From the NCBI GenBank assembly GCA_000004985.1, contig GG738877.1: a stretch of DNA of 64,000 bases. One strand, written 5' to 3'. Position numbers and translations under genes: made by a program. Below, in pieces: positions 41,987 through 52,994 of this stretch; within the stretch, counting starts at the first letter, position 1; each line of letters opens with the position of its first letter. This DNA comes from Naegleria gruberi. Taxonomy: Eukaryota. Below the pieces are notes generated by a model. It saw only the letters and a list, made by a program, of their open reading frames with translations, did not search any database and was not told where the DNA came from.

Positions 41987-43869
41987 ATGAAAAACTTTAA
42001 AAAGCAATATATTGCTGGCTGTAGAGATCAAGGCATTGAGCCTCTATCGATGGTCGTTAATCTTAACGATGATGATGAATGCGTTCAGATTTTAAATTTA
42101 GGAGAACTAACACTCGGAACAAAGAATGGTATTGCTATCGGTCAAGCTTTACATTCAAATCAAACTTTTACTCATATTAATCTAGCTGAAAGTTATATGG
42201 GAGATTCGGGTGTTGATGCCGTATGTCAAGGGTTGATGCAATCAAAGGTTATTGAATCCCTCGATTTTAGAGGAGCCAATTTATATAGGTCCAATGGGTT
42301 GGCACAACTACTTGCCAAAACATTCACTTTGAGAGAACTCAAATGTGAATGGAACAGTTTGGGAGTCTATGAAACTGGTATTTCTGAAATATCTGAGGCT
42401 CTTAAGTCTAACAAGTCCCTTATGACACTGGATTTGAGGAATAACAAAATTACACCTGAAGGAGCAAACTCTCTTTCTAATGCTTTGAGAGCAAATAGTG
42501 TTTTGCAAAATTTGGATTTGAGATGGAACTATTTGGGAGTTAGAGGTGGTAAATATATCATGGAAGCATTACATGACAATTACACAATTATTGATTTGAA
42601 GTTGGCAGGTAATGAGATCGATTACAAAACTTTACAAGAAATTGATAGAATGATTAGAAGAAATTACGATGTGATGGTAACCAAACAAAAAGAATCAGAA
42701 ATGTCAACAAAATTGAAAACTGAAATAAGTGAACTGAGTTCAATGCAAAACGTAAGTATCAAAACAGAAATTATGTAATCAAATTGGAATAGAAACGAAT
42801 TGAAACTCTTCAACACCAAGTGGTATCCCAACAAAGTGTCTATTCCAATCAAATCAAAAGTGCCCATGAACAACTATTAGATCTCGAAAAACACAACACT
42901 AGATTGATCTCTGATTTGACAGAAACTAAGAATAATGAAAATAGATATTATTCAAAGCTGAAAGACGTTGAGGAAAAATTGGCAATTGTTGAACAAAATC
43001 TGTTGAATGAAACAAAGGCTCATAATGAAGCAAGAAAGCAATTGAAAGATTCATCTGATGAAGTGTTAAGACTCAGAGAACTCTCAGACGATCTTCAAAG
43101 AGAAAAAATCAGAAATGAAGCAACCATCAAAAAATTGAATGAACAATTAACAACTAAGGAAGAAATGTTGGCTAATACCAACCATAAATTGTACAGTGCC
43201 CAAAATGATAAAAGTGACCTCAATGCTCAATTGAATGATGCTCACAGACAATTAGAAGTTTTACAAGGAAGTGTTCGTTCACTAACACTGATCGAACAAG
43301 AATATAGTAAGATGAGACAACGTATTTCTGAGATGGAGGTGGAAAAAGAGAGAGCATTAATTGACTTGAAGGCAAAGTGTGATGAAGATAAAATTCACGC
43401 TGACAAGATGACTAATGAAAAGTTACAACACGAAAGAGACAAATATATTCAATTAGGAGAAGAGCATGAAAGATTGAAAAATAAGAATAAGCAAATGGAA
43501 TCAAATTTATTGAAACTTAACGAGAAAGTTCAACAATTAGATAGACAACTAATTGACCTAGGAAATGAATCAGACCAAAAGAGTATTCTTATTAATCAAC
43601 TCCAATTAAAGCTTAGAGAAGCAGATGAAAATGCTCTTAAGGCAGTAGAAAAGATGAACACACAGGCCCTTAATCACAAGAAAGAACTTGATGGTTACGT
43701 TTTCAAGCTTGACTCGAAAGAAACTCAGGTTAACCAACTAGAGAAAGAGGTACGACAACTTCAAATGGAATCAGTAAAACTTAAGGAACAACAAGATAAG
43801 AATCTGTATACAATTGAATCTAGGATAACACAAGAGCTTAAATCTATCATAAATGAATTAAAACGATAA
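41987..43869 (+). CDS. LRRC45-like protein (N-terminal RNI-type LRRs + long C-terminal coiled coil); 2 exons
   Basis: Exon 1 is 41987-42751 (255 codons). A GTAAGT donor opens a 41-nt intron (42752-42792) with a TAG acceptor. Exon 2 is 42793-43869. The N-terminus MKNFKKQYIAGCRDQGIEPLSMVVNL…LDLRNNKITPEGANSLSNALRANSVLQNLDLRWNYLGVRGGKYIMEAL…LKLAGNEI aligns with human LRRC45 [27 protein letters not shown]…[48 protein letters not shown]…LDLAGNNI. The C-terminal 350 aa is continuous coiled coil. Confidence 0.65.
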
Positions 43870-43874
43870 ATTCT

Positions 43875-45698
43875 TTAATTTAATTGCATAGATACTTTTG
43901 TGAAAAAGTAATGTACCATTATTGGGATGTTATAAGTCTTGTTCAAAAGTTCAGACATGGCAGTATTTAAATTTTGATTAACATAAACTTGTGGTTGTTC
44001 TTTTTCTTGATCATATTCAACTCTTATTTCAACAAAGTCATTATCTGTAGTTGTCTTGATATAAATAATATCGCTTGGAGTTGAGTACTCTACTTCAACT
44101 CTTCTTTGATTACTATTGTCTGTATGATGTCTTGATGTTCCTGATGTATTATGTGTACAAATATTATCAAGAAGACCCTTAGAAGAATCTTGAACTTGGC
44201 TAAAACATGAAAGAAGAATATCATTAAGTAACATGTGCTTTTTCATGACAGCTAAAGTAAATCTCATTTGATCAAAATTCAAGAATGGAACTCTTCTAAT
44301 AAAAACACCAGAATTTGTTGCCAATTTTTCAGAAATATTTGAAGTAGTTGAAACAAAGTTATATACACTTGATTGTACTTTCTTTGTTGAACTTGTTGAA
44401 TAACCTGATAATAAACAATTTTGAAAAGTTTCCAATACTCTAATATCTCTATTATACTGCTCATTTACACTCATATCCCTAGTAAAGTCAGGTGGTAAAA
44501 TATTTTCAGGTTCTTGTTGTTTTTCTAAACTTGATTTTTTAAGTGATGAAATAATGGATTGAAGGAAATTCAAATTTTTAGCTGTATAAAGAGGTATTAA
44601 AGTTTGTTCAGTAAATACCATAACAGGACATGTTTGTTGTAATGCATTTCCAGCACATCCTTCAAGTGTTACAATAACTTTTCTATCTCTAAAATAATTA
44701 ATAGAAACACCTTCACATATTATTGAAACCTTGTCAGATGGAAAATTTCCTTCTCTTGTAATATAATGTTCAAATTCTCTCATTACACTTGTACTTTTTA
44801 AGAATGAACTTGTATCATTAATTTGTGTAGATCTTAAACTTGCTTTATCTGTAACAATACAATTAGGTCTACTTGCTACGAGATGATATAATTTACAAAC
44901 ATCTAATAATTTCTTTTCAAATAATTCAGGATTCCTATCTTTAACTAGAGTACTCATTAAATCTTCTGAAATTGGTTTAATTTCTTTGTGTTGTGATTCT
45001 GGATTATTTCCTTGTTTTGTTTTTTGAAATTTAATTGATTTTAATTCTTTTGTTTCAGTAAATTCAACATCCAAATTTAAAATATCACAACCCATTGAAT
45101 AACCAGTAACAAGATCTGAAGAACTAATTAAATCTGTTATTGGTAAGGCAGCATAATCTTCCTTTCCAATAAATTCATTCATTTCTTTAGCAACAGAATT
45201 TAAAATTCTTTCAATTATTTGTTGATGTTGATATTGTGTTAATACTTTTTCTGTACATTTTTGAATGGCATCCAAAAGTTCTCTTTCTTGTAATTGAATT
45301 CTATTAAATTCTTTAACTGATTTTGATTGTTGTTGAGTTTTTTCAAGAAATGCTCTTGGTTTTATAGTTAATTGTTCTTCAACTCTTTGTTTTATAATTG
45401 AAATTGCATGTTTAAGAGATTCTCTTCTTTCCAAAATATTATCACTCATATGTAATGGATGAACTAATCCATTATCATTAACTTGTTGTACTTCATTTTC
45501 CATCTTTTTAAGAATTTTTTGTATCTTGTCCCAATAATTAACATCTGCTAATTGTGAATGTTGTTGTTGTTGTGTTGGATTATTTACATCAATATTTGAT
45601 TGATCATTAATTGGTGTTGAAGTTAAAGGTGTACCAACATTACTTGTTGGTGTTGTATTTACTTCCGATAATAAATTAATTGGTGTTGAAGATGACAT
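43875..45698 (-). CDS. hypothetical conserved-looking 607-aa protein
   Basis: ATG ORF (plus 45696-45698 = cat). The N-terminal 60 aa is T/S/N-rich. The remainder is mixed-composition globular-looking sequence with no domain I can name. The stop lies 5 nt from the convergent LRRC45-like stop. Confidence 0.45.
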   Translation of the reverse strand: MSSSTPINLLSEVNTTPTSNVGTPLTSTPINDQSNIDVNNPTQQQQHSQLADVNYWDKIQKILKKMENEVQQVNDNGLVHPLHMSDNILERRESLKHAISIIKQRVEEQLTIKPRAFLEKTQQQSKSVKEFNRIQLQERELLDAIQKCTEKVLTQYQHQQIIERILNSVAKEMNEFIGKEDYAALPITDLISSSDLVTGYSMGCDILNLDVEFTETKELKSIKFQKTKQGNNPESQHKEIKPISEDLMSTLVKDRNPELFEKKLLDVCKLYHLVASRPNCIVTDKASLRSTQINDTSSFLKSTSVMREFEHYITREGNFPSDKVSIICEGVSINYFRDRKVIVTLEGCAGNALQQTCPVMVFTEQTLIPLYTAKNLNFLQSIISSLKKSSLEKQQEPENILPPDFTRDMSVNEQYNRDIRVLETFQNCLLSGYSTSSTKKVQSSVYNFVSTTSNISEKLATNSGVFIRRVPFLNFDQMRFTLAVMKKHMLLNDILLSCFSQVQDSSKGLLDNICTHNTSGTSRHHTDNSNQRRVEVEYSTPSDIIYIKTTTDNDFVEIRVEYDQEKEQPQVYVNQNLNTAMSELLNKTYNIPIMVHYFFTKVSMQLN

Positions 45699-45905
45699 GA
45701 TGATCTTTTAAACACAACTCTAAGTTCTCTGTCTCTCTGATGATTGTATTTTTTTTAAAAATTAAAAATTCGGAACAAGGCTTGAAAAAATTCTCTCAAC
45801 ATTAATTCTTTTGATTCAGCCTCATTCTGCAGCATAGAGAAGGCTATTTTCTCTGAGATCCGATTATAATTTATTATATCATCATTTGTAAATTTTATAT
45901 TAACA

Positions 45906-48138
45906 ATGCCATCAAGAAAAGTAGTATTTACTTCACCTCCTAAAATACTTCAATCACCAACATCATCTTTATCTTCATTAAAACATTCATCTCCATCAAT
46001 GGATTATCATCAATTATCAATGGAACATTTTAATAATAAAGAATATGAACAATCATTGGAAAATTTAAATAAACTCTTAAAAGAAACAACCAATACAACA
46101 GAAATATTTAAAATTAAACATAATATTGCAATAGTAAAATATTTACATGAAAATCATTCGGAAGAAAAATTACTTTTAGAATTGGAAGAAATTAAACAAT
46201 CAACTAGAAAACATTCTAATCATCAATTTCCAATTTTAATTTACAATCAATCTGTATTATATTATAAAAAGGAAAAATATAACAAAGTATTAGAATTATT
46301 GGAGCCTTTATTTGAATCATTAGATTCTAATAATGAAAATTCTATTAATAATCAATTATTAAAATATGATGAATTTCTAGTTTTAAAAATATGTTTTTTA
46401 TTATTAGATATATTTATTGATAATATGAAATCAATTGAAAAATCACAAAATGTAATTAAATATATTGATAATAATTTTCAATCTATTATTCAAAGTACAA
46501 TACCATCTCTTCCACAATTAAATATAACAGAACTTTCTATAACTGAATCAAAATTTAACATTTTATTTTATAAGACAAAATTAGCAATTTTACAAAAAGA
46601 TGAAATTTCAATCATTTTAGATTTTATTCAATCTGCTAATCATGTTATTAAAAATGCAAATATTTCAAAAGAGGAAAATAATTATATTAATAGTATCATG
46701 ACAAGTAAAATTTGTCTACTCGAATGTTTTTTAACTTTAACTAGAAATAATTCTAATAATAATGAAATTTATCATAAAAATATTAAAGAATGTATTCAAT
46801 TATTAACTCATCATAAAGAATCACTATCTCCAATTGTTTATTTTAATAATTTAGGATGTATTTATTTAAAAAAAGAAAATGGAAATTCTACAATGTCACA
46901 ATTTTACTTTTCCAAAGCATCAAAATCAAATAATTCTTTTGCTTGTTATAATTTAGCTTATCAATATTTATTAAGAGAATCTGAGAAAATTAAAGAAATT
47001 ACAAATTGCCTTTGTAAAAATAATCCATTTCTTGATTGTTATGAATTATTTCATAAAGCTTCATTAACAATGTATGATAATCCTTATTTATGGATTAGAA
47101 TGGGAGAATGTATTTTATGTGAAAATCAAAGATTATTGAAAAAGGAAATTTTTGAATCATTTCAACAAATGTCAAATAATTGTTCTGGAAATCAAACAAT
47201 TCATTTACCAGTATTAACAAATTGTGGAATTAAGAAATATTCTTTACAGAAAGATATTTTAGATGTGTAAGTTTATTCTTTTATTTAATATGTGAAACCA
47301 TTTCAATATATATTCATATTAATATTATTAATATTTAATATTATTAATATTTAATATTATTATTAAATGTATTATTTCATTAAATATATAAATTACTAGA
47401 TGTGAAGAAGAATTAACTAAACAAAACAAGTATAATATTGAATTATTAAATGATAGATTTACAAGAAAGAATTTAGAAGAAATGTCATTAGAAATGGCAG
47501 AAAAATGTTTTCATAATTCTTTAATAATTTTATCTAATATTTTATCAGAATATAAAATGAAATATAATTTAAATGATAATTTTCAAACATTACAAAGTAA
47601 TAATGAAATGATTAATCAATCATTTATTAGATTACAACAAGCACTTATTAATGTAACATTAAAATTAGCATATGTTTCATTATGTTTAGATAATCCATTA
47701 ATTTCAATTACACATTGTAAAACTATACTTTCACTTTCAATTTCATATTCAAATTTAAATATATGTCCTGTACAATATACTATAATTGCACTTTCATATG
47801 CATTTGAAGCATTAACAATGACAGATCAATCAGAAAAAGTATTTCAAATAGTTACACCTCAACAATTACAAATTCTAGTTACACATTTACAACAATCATA
47901 TTCAGAAAGTGAGGGTTTATTATATCAACAAATATTACTTTTAAATTTATCAATTGTTCATTTAATTCAAGGAAATTATGAAAAATCACAACAAACTCTT
48001 CATCACATTACTCAAAATATTCATCAATTACCAAATCAAATCAAACCTTACTTTTTATGTGTACAATTATATCTTTTATTAATTGAAGGTAAATCACAAC
48101 AAGCCATTCAATTAATTTCTTCAATAAAAATTCAATAA
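45906..48138 (+). CDS. CCR4-NOT complex subunit 10 (CNOT10)-like TPR protein; 2 exons
   Basis: Exon 1 is 45906-47266. A GTAAGT donor opens a 133-nt AT-microsatellite intron (47267-47399) with a TAG acceptor. Exon 2 is 47400-48138, and the total is 2100 nt (699 aa). YEQSLENLNKLL…FKIKHNIAIVKY…ILIYNQSVLYYKKEKYNKVLELLEPLF…FLVLKICFLLLDIFIDNMKSIEKS parallels human CNOT10 YDACLQHLACLQ…YKIILNTAVAEF…[28 protein letters not shown]…[22 protein letters not shown]. Confidence 0.55.
47311..47367. repeat. AT microsatellite (attaatatttaat-type) inside CNOT10-like intron
   Basis: The sequence tattaatattattaatatttaatattattaatatttaatattattattaaat is a tandem imperfect 13-16-nt unit within the 47267-47399 intron. 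Confidence 0.6.
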
Positions 48139-48354
48139 TTAACATCATAATGACCTTTCAATTCACTCTCTCAACACTTCAAATTTGAATAACGAAAAAC
48201 TTTGTTTATATTATGAAATGATTGGAATTCTAATCACTTTCTATCCCATATATTGTCCACTTACCCATTAACTTCCAATCACGTTCAATCTAAAAATACA
48301 AAACAAAATATTGAAAAAAACATCACCAAACATCATCAAAAGGCTTTGAAAAGG

Positions 48355-49440
48355 ATGATGAATAATCAAAACCAACAACAACAAGGAACATTTCCATTTG
48401 ATAGTGCCATTCTATCTGATAATTCACAATATACCTATGGAGGAGAACAATCGTGTACATATATTTGTTTAACTGCTATTGAATACTTTTTAAATAATTA
48501 TTCCAAGTTTAGAATTCCGATTTCATCATCAACATCAAAAGATCTTAAAATTACAAAGAATGATATTGATTATGTATTACAATTAGGTGTTTCAAGAGAT
48601 AGAAAAGTTGGACTAACATCATGTGATGATGTTTATTCTAATAACGAATATTTTCAAAAAACACTTGAATTGAAATCAATGCACATTTCAAAATTAAGTG
48701 ATAGTCTTTCTTTTAAACAATTACTTAAAGAAATGGAATCAAAATCAATTGATACAAAATCATCAAGTGATGTAACTGCTCTAGTTTTAACTAAACCACC
48801 TGAAACTATTGCTATATTTTATGATTGTTATGGTTATTTAAATGGAAAAGAGAATGAATATTATCCATGGTTTATATTTGATTCACATCCAAGAAAATAT
48901 AGTAGAGGTGGTGGTTTTTATTTATTTAAGGATTTATCTAAAATTGAACAATATTTGAAAAAATTATTTATTGATGATTTTGATTATTATAGAAATATGT
49001 TTGATTCTTATCAAGCTAAATCTCATGTCATGTTTGAAGGTACTATTGTAACATTAAAACCTCTTTCAAATTTGAAAACTATTCAACCACCACAAACTGT
49101 AAATCAACCACAAATTGTAAATAGTCCAAGTCAACCAGTCAAACAAGAATCAAACATTCCAAATAATACTAATAATAATAGCACTCCAAAAGAATCTCAA
49201 AAACAAGTAATAGTTCAACAACAACCAGTAGATCAAAATCAATTGATTGAACAATTAATGAAAAAGATTGATCAATTAACACAAGTTAACAAACAACAAT
49301 TTGAAGAAATTCAAACACTTACCTACTTGTTAAAAGAAGAACAAGAAAATCATCAAAGAACTGCATTAGAAAATCAAAAGCTTAAAAAATCAACCAAACA
49401 ACAAGAAAATGTAATTGATAAGATTTTCTCTTCCTTTTAA
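48355..49440 (+). CDS. hypothetical protein with C-terminal coiled coil
   Basis: The track ORF starts at TTG 48253, and the first ATG is at 48355 (MMNNQNQQQQGTFPFD…). A Cys-containing middle region is followed by a Q/N-rich region and a coiled-coil tail. No domain was recognised. Confidence 0.35.
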   Translation: MMNNQNQQQQGTFPFDSAILSDNSQYTYGGEQSCTYICLTAIEYFLNNYSKFRIPISSSTSKDLKITKNDIDYVLQLGVSRDRKVGLTSCDDVYSNNEYFQKTLELKSMHISKLSDSLSFKQLLKEMESKSIDTKSSSDVTALVLTKPPETIAIFYDCYGYLNGKENEYYPWFIFDSHPRKYSRGGGFYLFKDLSKIEQYLKKLFIDDFDYYRNMFDSYQAKSHVMFEGTIVTLKPLSNLKTIQPPQTVNQPQIVNSPSQPVKQESNIPNNTNNNSTPKESQKQVIVQQQPVDQNQLIEQLMKKIDQLTQVNKQQFEEIQTLTYLLKEEQENHQRTALENQKLKKSTKQQENVIDKIFSSF

Positions 49441-49697
49441 TGACATTCTAATTTAAAATGTACATTTCCTTGGTGATGGTGTAAATAAACAAAATAACTT
49501 CAATCCATTAATGTAGTTTGCTTGGTTACTTCAAGAGTTATTTCTCCTCCTACTCCGATTAAAGGCTTGTTCGTTCTCCTCAATTTCAAATCTAAAAAAA
49601 TAACAACAACAAAATATCATTTTGCAATCATCTATTTTACTAGGAGAGATTGCTGATTTTTGGATTAAATTATTATAAAACCTCGAATCGGATCAAT

Positions 49698-50913
49698 ATG
49701 AAAAGATTATCAACAATCATATTTATAATTTCTTGTATTTTGTTATTCTTTACTTTAATAACATCAACAAAGGCTGATGATGATGGATTATGTTTAATGA
49801 CTAGTAATGGATTTGAGAATGGAACAAATAATTTCCCAACAGTTAAGAATAGTGTACCTTTTTATTTGGATCCACAAGCTTCATCATCTCTTGGAACAAT
49901 TTGTCCACATTTAGTTGGTCAAAAAGTTTGTTGTAATTCTACTCAAGTTTCTACAATGGTTTCTCGTTTTACACTTTTAGATGCAACGTATGTTGTTTTA
50001 ATATTATGTAATAGTTTTAATTGTTATATGAAATTGTGTTACAATGATTGTACAATCACATTTGGAATTTCATTGAACATTTGGATTAATCTATTGATTA
50101 ATATTTATCAAATATATTTTAATGATAATTGTTTTAATATTGATATGAAAAATTAGATTTTGGCGTTGTATTGCTTGTGTTTTAAATTTAAAGAAAATGT
50201 GGTGTGATTTTACATGCAGTAATCAACAAGGACATTTTCTTACCATTGAATCAATGTATGAAACACCAAAATATGCTCAATATATTAAGGAAGTTAATTT
50301 TTATGTTTCATTAGATTTCCAAAATCAAATTTGGGAAAGTTGTAAAGATGTTAAATTAGGTCAATTACCAGTTAAAGATACATATGCAAATGTTAGAGCT
50401 TATTTACAAGGAATGGTAAATTTAGCAGTTCCAAATCCAAATATTCAATACATTTTCCAAACAAGTGAATCACATCTTGAAAAACTTACAATTACAAAAA
50501 ATATTACAAAAACACCACTCAGATATGATCAATCACCAAATTATGAAGATATTTCAGTTCCATCAGTAGAACATTACAAAACTAGAAAAATTCAAGATTT
50601 CAATAATTCAACAACTCAATTTTATAATGGAACAATGTTAGCATGTGAATTATCATGTGATTGTACATATTGTGAAAAGGCTTGTGGAACAATTACACCT
50701 GATTATTCATGTAAAATCTTTGGATCACCATGTTTTGTTGTTGCATCAATTGGTGGAAGTGTTATTTTAGGTTTATTTATTATTGCAATCATTTCTGCTC
50801 TATTCGAAAGAGGTTTTAATTGGTTTAGAAATAGAAATAACAAAACGAATGAAAATATTGAAGTTAATCAAGAAAATTCTTTAAATTCAGATAGAAGATA
50901 TAGAACATTTTAA
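49698..50913 (+). CDS. stand-alone NPC1 N-terminal (sterol-binding) domain protein with single C-terminal TM; 2 exons
   Basis: ATG at 49698 with a signal peptide (MKRLSTIIFIISCILLFFTLITSTKA). Exon 1 ends at about 49985, and an AT-rich intron of about 200 nt precedes exon 2 (about 50190-50913). DGLCLMTSNGFENG…ICPHLVGQKVCCNSTQ…MWCDFTCSNQQGHFL…KEVNFYVSLDFQNQIWESCKDV…CELSCDCTYCEKAC parallels the human NPC1 NTD CVWYGECG…LCPGFFFGNVSLCCDVRQ…LFCELTCSPRQSQFL…[22 protein letters not shown]…CSCQDCSIVC. A TM helix follows (VVASIGGSVILGLFIIAIISALF), then a short tail and the stop. Confidence 0.55.
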
Positions 50914-50978
50914 TTTATTACCTTTTTGATATAAAAGTCACATTACCATTAAATAATAATAATAATCATAATATTACT

Positions 50979-52061
50979 ATGAATACTACCACAACAACAG
51001 CTCCTCAACAACTACTACAACAACCACAATTTATGAATAGTCCATCACTTCATTATAATAATTTACCTCCGGACCATATTCTCAATAAACAAAGATCTAA
51101 TATTAGTATTAAACAAATTAATAAGAATATTCAAACTATTACAAATAATACTAATACTAATAATAATACTAATACTACTAGTAATAATAATATAACATCA
51201 CCATCAATAATGAATATTCCACCTAATAATAATAATAATCCGATAACATCAATATTAAATAATAATAACAATTCAATAATGATGTTAAATAATGGTCAAC
51301 CAATAATAATGACAACATCAAATCAACAAATTAATGTTGGAGGAGGAGGTGATTTAATGTTACCTCCTAATAATAATAATAATATTATGAATAATAATAG
51401 CTCTAATTTAAATGTTAATAATAATTTAAATTCATCATTAAATTCAATCAATAATAATAATATCAATAATACTACTACTGAAAATAGTAATAATAATAAC
51501 AATTTAATATTAACAAATCGTACACAATTTTTACTTGATTCATCATCAATAATAAATAATGTAGAAATGTTATTTAATATTCGAATTGGAAATTCTAAAC
51601 AAATAGATATGGAAATTACTAAAAGTGGAAATGAAATTAAACATTATTCTAAATCATGTATTCATGATTTAGATTCACTTCAAAGATATTGGTCAGAATG
51701 TTATAGAATTGAAAGTGAACATTTAAATGATAAACCATTAATGTATATTCCAATTACAGGTTTAATTAATATTAAAGTATTTAAATTATTTAATAATATT
51801 CCAATAATGGAACATAATTTAGAAAAGAAATATGATTTTAGACAATCTGATTCTTTAATAGCTCCAATTAAATTTGATAATAATATTGTAATTGTTTTAA
51901 AATTAATGAAAATGGATTATGTTGAATTTATTGGTTTACAATCATTTGATTTTTATTTAATTAAATCATCACAATCTTCCACTTCTTCATCAACAATAAC
52001 ATTACAATCATCTTCCACTTCTTCCTCTTCAACTGGTCCAATTATTTTAAATAATCAATAA
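50979..52061 (+). CDS. hypothetical Asn-rich protein
   Basis: 360-aa ATG ORF. About 200 aa is N/T/S homopolymer-rich low complexity, encoded as (aat)n. The C-terminal 150 aa is globular-looking (…YWSECYRIESEHLNDKPLMYIPITGLINIKVFKLF…) with no recognised domain. Confidence 0.35.
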   Translation: MNTTTTTAPQQLLQQPQFMNSPSLHYNNLPPDHILNKQRSNISIKQINKNIQTITNNTNTNNNTNTTSNNNITSPSIMNIPPNNNNNPITSILNNNNNSIMMLNNGQPIIMTTSNQQINVGGGGDLMLPPNNNNNIMNNNSSNLNVNNNLNSSLNSINNNNINNTTTENSNNNNNLILTNRTQFLLDSSSIINNVEMLFNIRIGNSKQIDMEITKSGNEIKHYSKSCIHDLDSLQRYWSECYRIESEHLNDKPLMYIPITGLINIKVFKLFNNIPIMEHNLEKKYDFRQSDSLIAPIKFDNNIVIVLKLMKMDYVEFIGLQSFDFYLIKSSQSSTSSSTITLQSSSTSSSSTGPIILNNQ

Positions 52062-52230
52062 AATTCAAAAAATAAAATATTCAAACCCTTTCCATTCATA
52101 TTTTAAAAAGCTTTTAGCCTTTGATTTTGTTTTATTTTAATAATAAATTTTTGAAAGCCTTTAAAAAAAATTCATCAACATATCATATTTTAAACCAATA
52201 GCCTAAAACAATTCATCATCATCTTTAAAA

Positions 52231-52994
52231 ATGTCATCATCAAATGAAATTGAACAATCCAATGAATTGGAAGCACTCCAATCAATTTATCCAACAGAAT
52301 TAACTATTAATTCATCAACAAATTTTAAAATTGAAATTTATCCCTATACAGTCGAATCGGAAACAGAAACTAATAGTGTTGGTATTACATTGGAAGTTAA
52401 TTATACTCCTGATTATCCAGAATCAGTTATACCTTCATTTGAAATTTATAATACAAGAGGTTCTATTACAAAACGTGAAATGAGTGAATTAAAAGACATG
52501 TTAATAGAAACAGCTAATCAATTTTTAGGTACATCATGTGTATTTACTATTGCTAGTACAATTCAAGAATATTTAGTTCAATATCAACAACGTGAATCTG
52601 CTCTAAATGAACAAGATAATTCATCATCTTAACAACAAAGAATGATGAAACATCATCAAAGGATAGATTTACAATGGATTCTGAAGTATTAGCATCAAAT
52701 ATTGGACGAGGAACACCTGTTACTATTGAAAACTTTAGAGAGTGGCGTGATAAATTTGTTGTTGAACAAAAGAAAATTATGGAAAAACAAAGAATTGAAA
52801 AGGCTAAGAAATTACCAGGTCCTAAAAGTGGTAGAGAAATATTTGAAGAACGTCAACAACTTTTGATCAGTAAAATTGGTGAAGCAGCTGCTGCTAATCA
52901 ATACGTTGAAGAGGATGATATTGATGAAGATTTATTCTTGGAAGATGAAGATGAAGAAGAAGTCAATAATGAAGATGAACAAGATGAAGAATAA
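52231..52994 (+). CDS. RWD-domain protein (RWDD1/Gir2-like), copy A; reading frame broken by 1-nt deletion near 52630
   Basis: ATG at 52231. The N-terminal RWD domain is NELEALQSIYPTELTINSSTNFKIEIYPYTV…LEVNYTPDYPESVIPSFEIY. Track ORFs 52231-52632 and 52674-52994 are the two halves in frames differing by -1. Copy B (61946-62470) reads through as …NEQDNSSSLTTKNDETSSKDRF… with one extra base. The downstream part GTPVTIENFREWRDKF…AKKLPGPKSGREIFEE matches human RWDD1 GTPVTIENFLNWKAKF. Confidence 0.55.

Noticed and set aside
45906-47270. Considered calling 43875-45698 a Mediator subunit (MED17-like), and 36561-38204 a kleisin
   Set aside because: I could not recall sequence features specific enough to support either. 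They are left as hypothetical.
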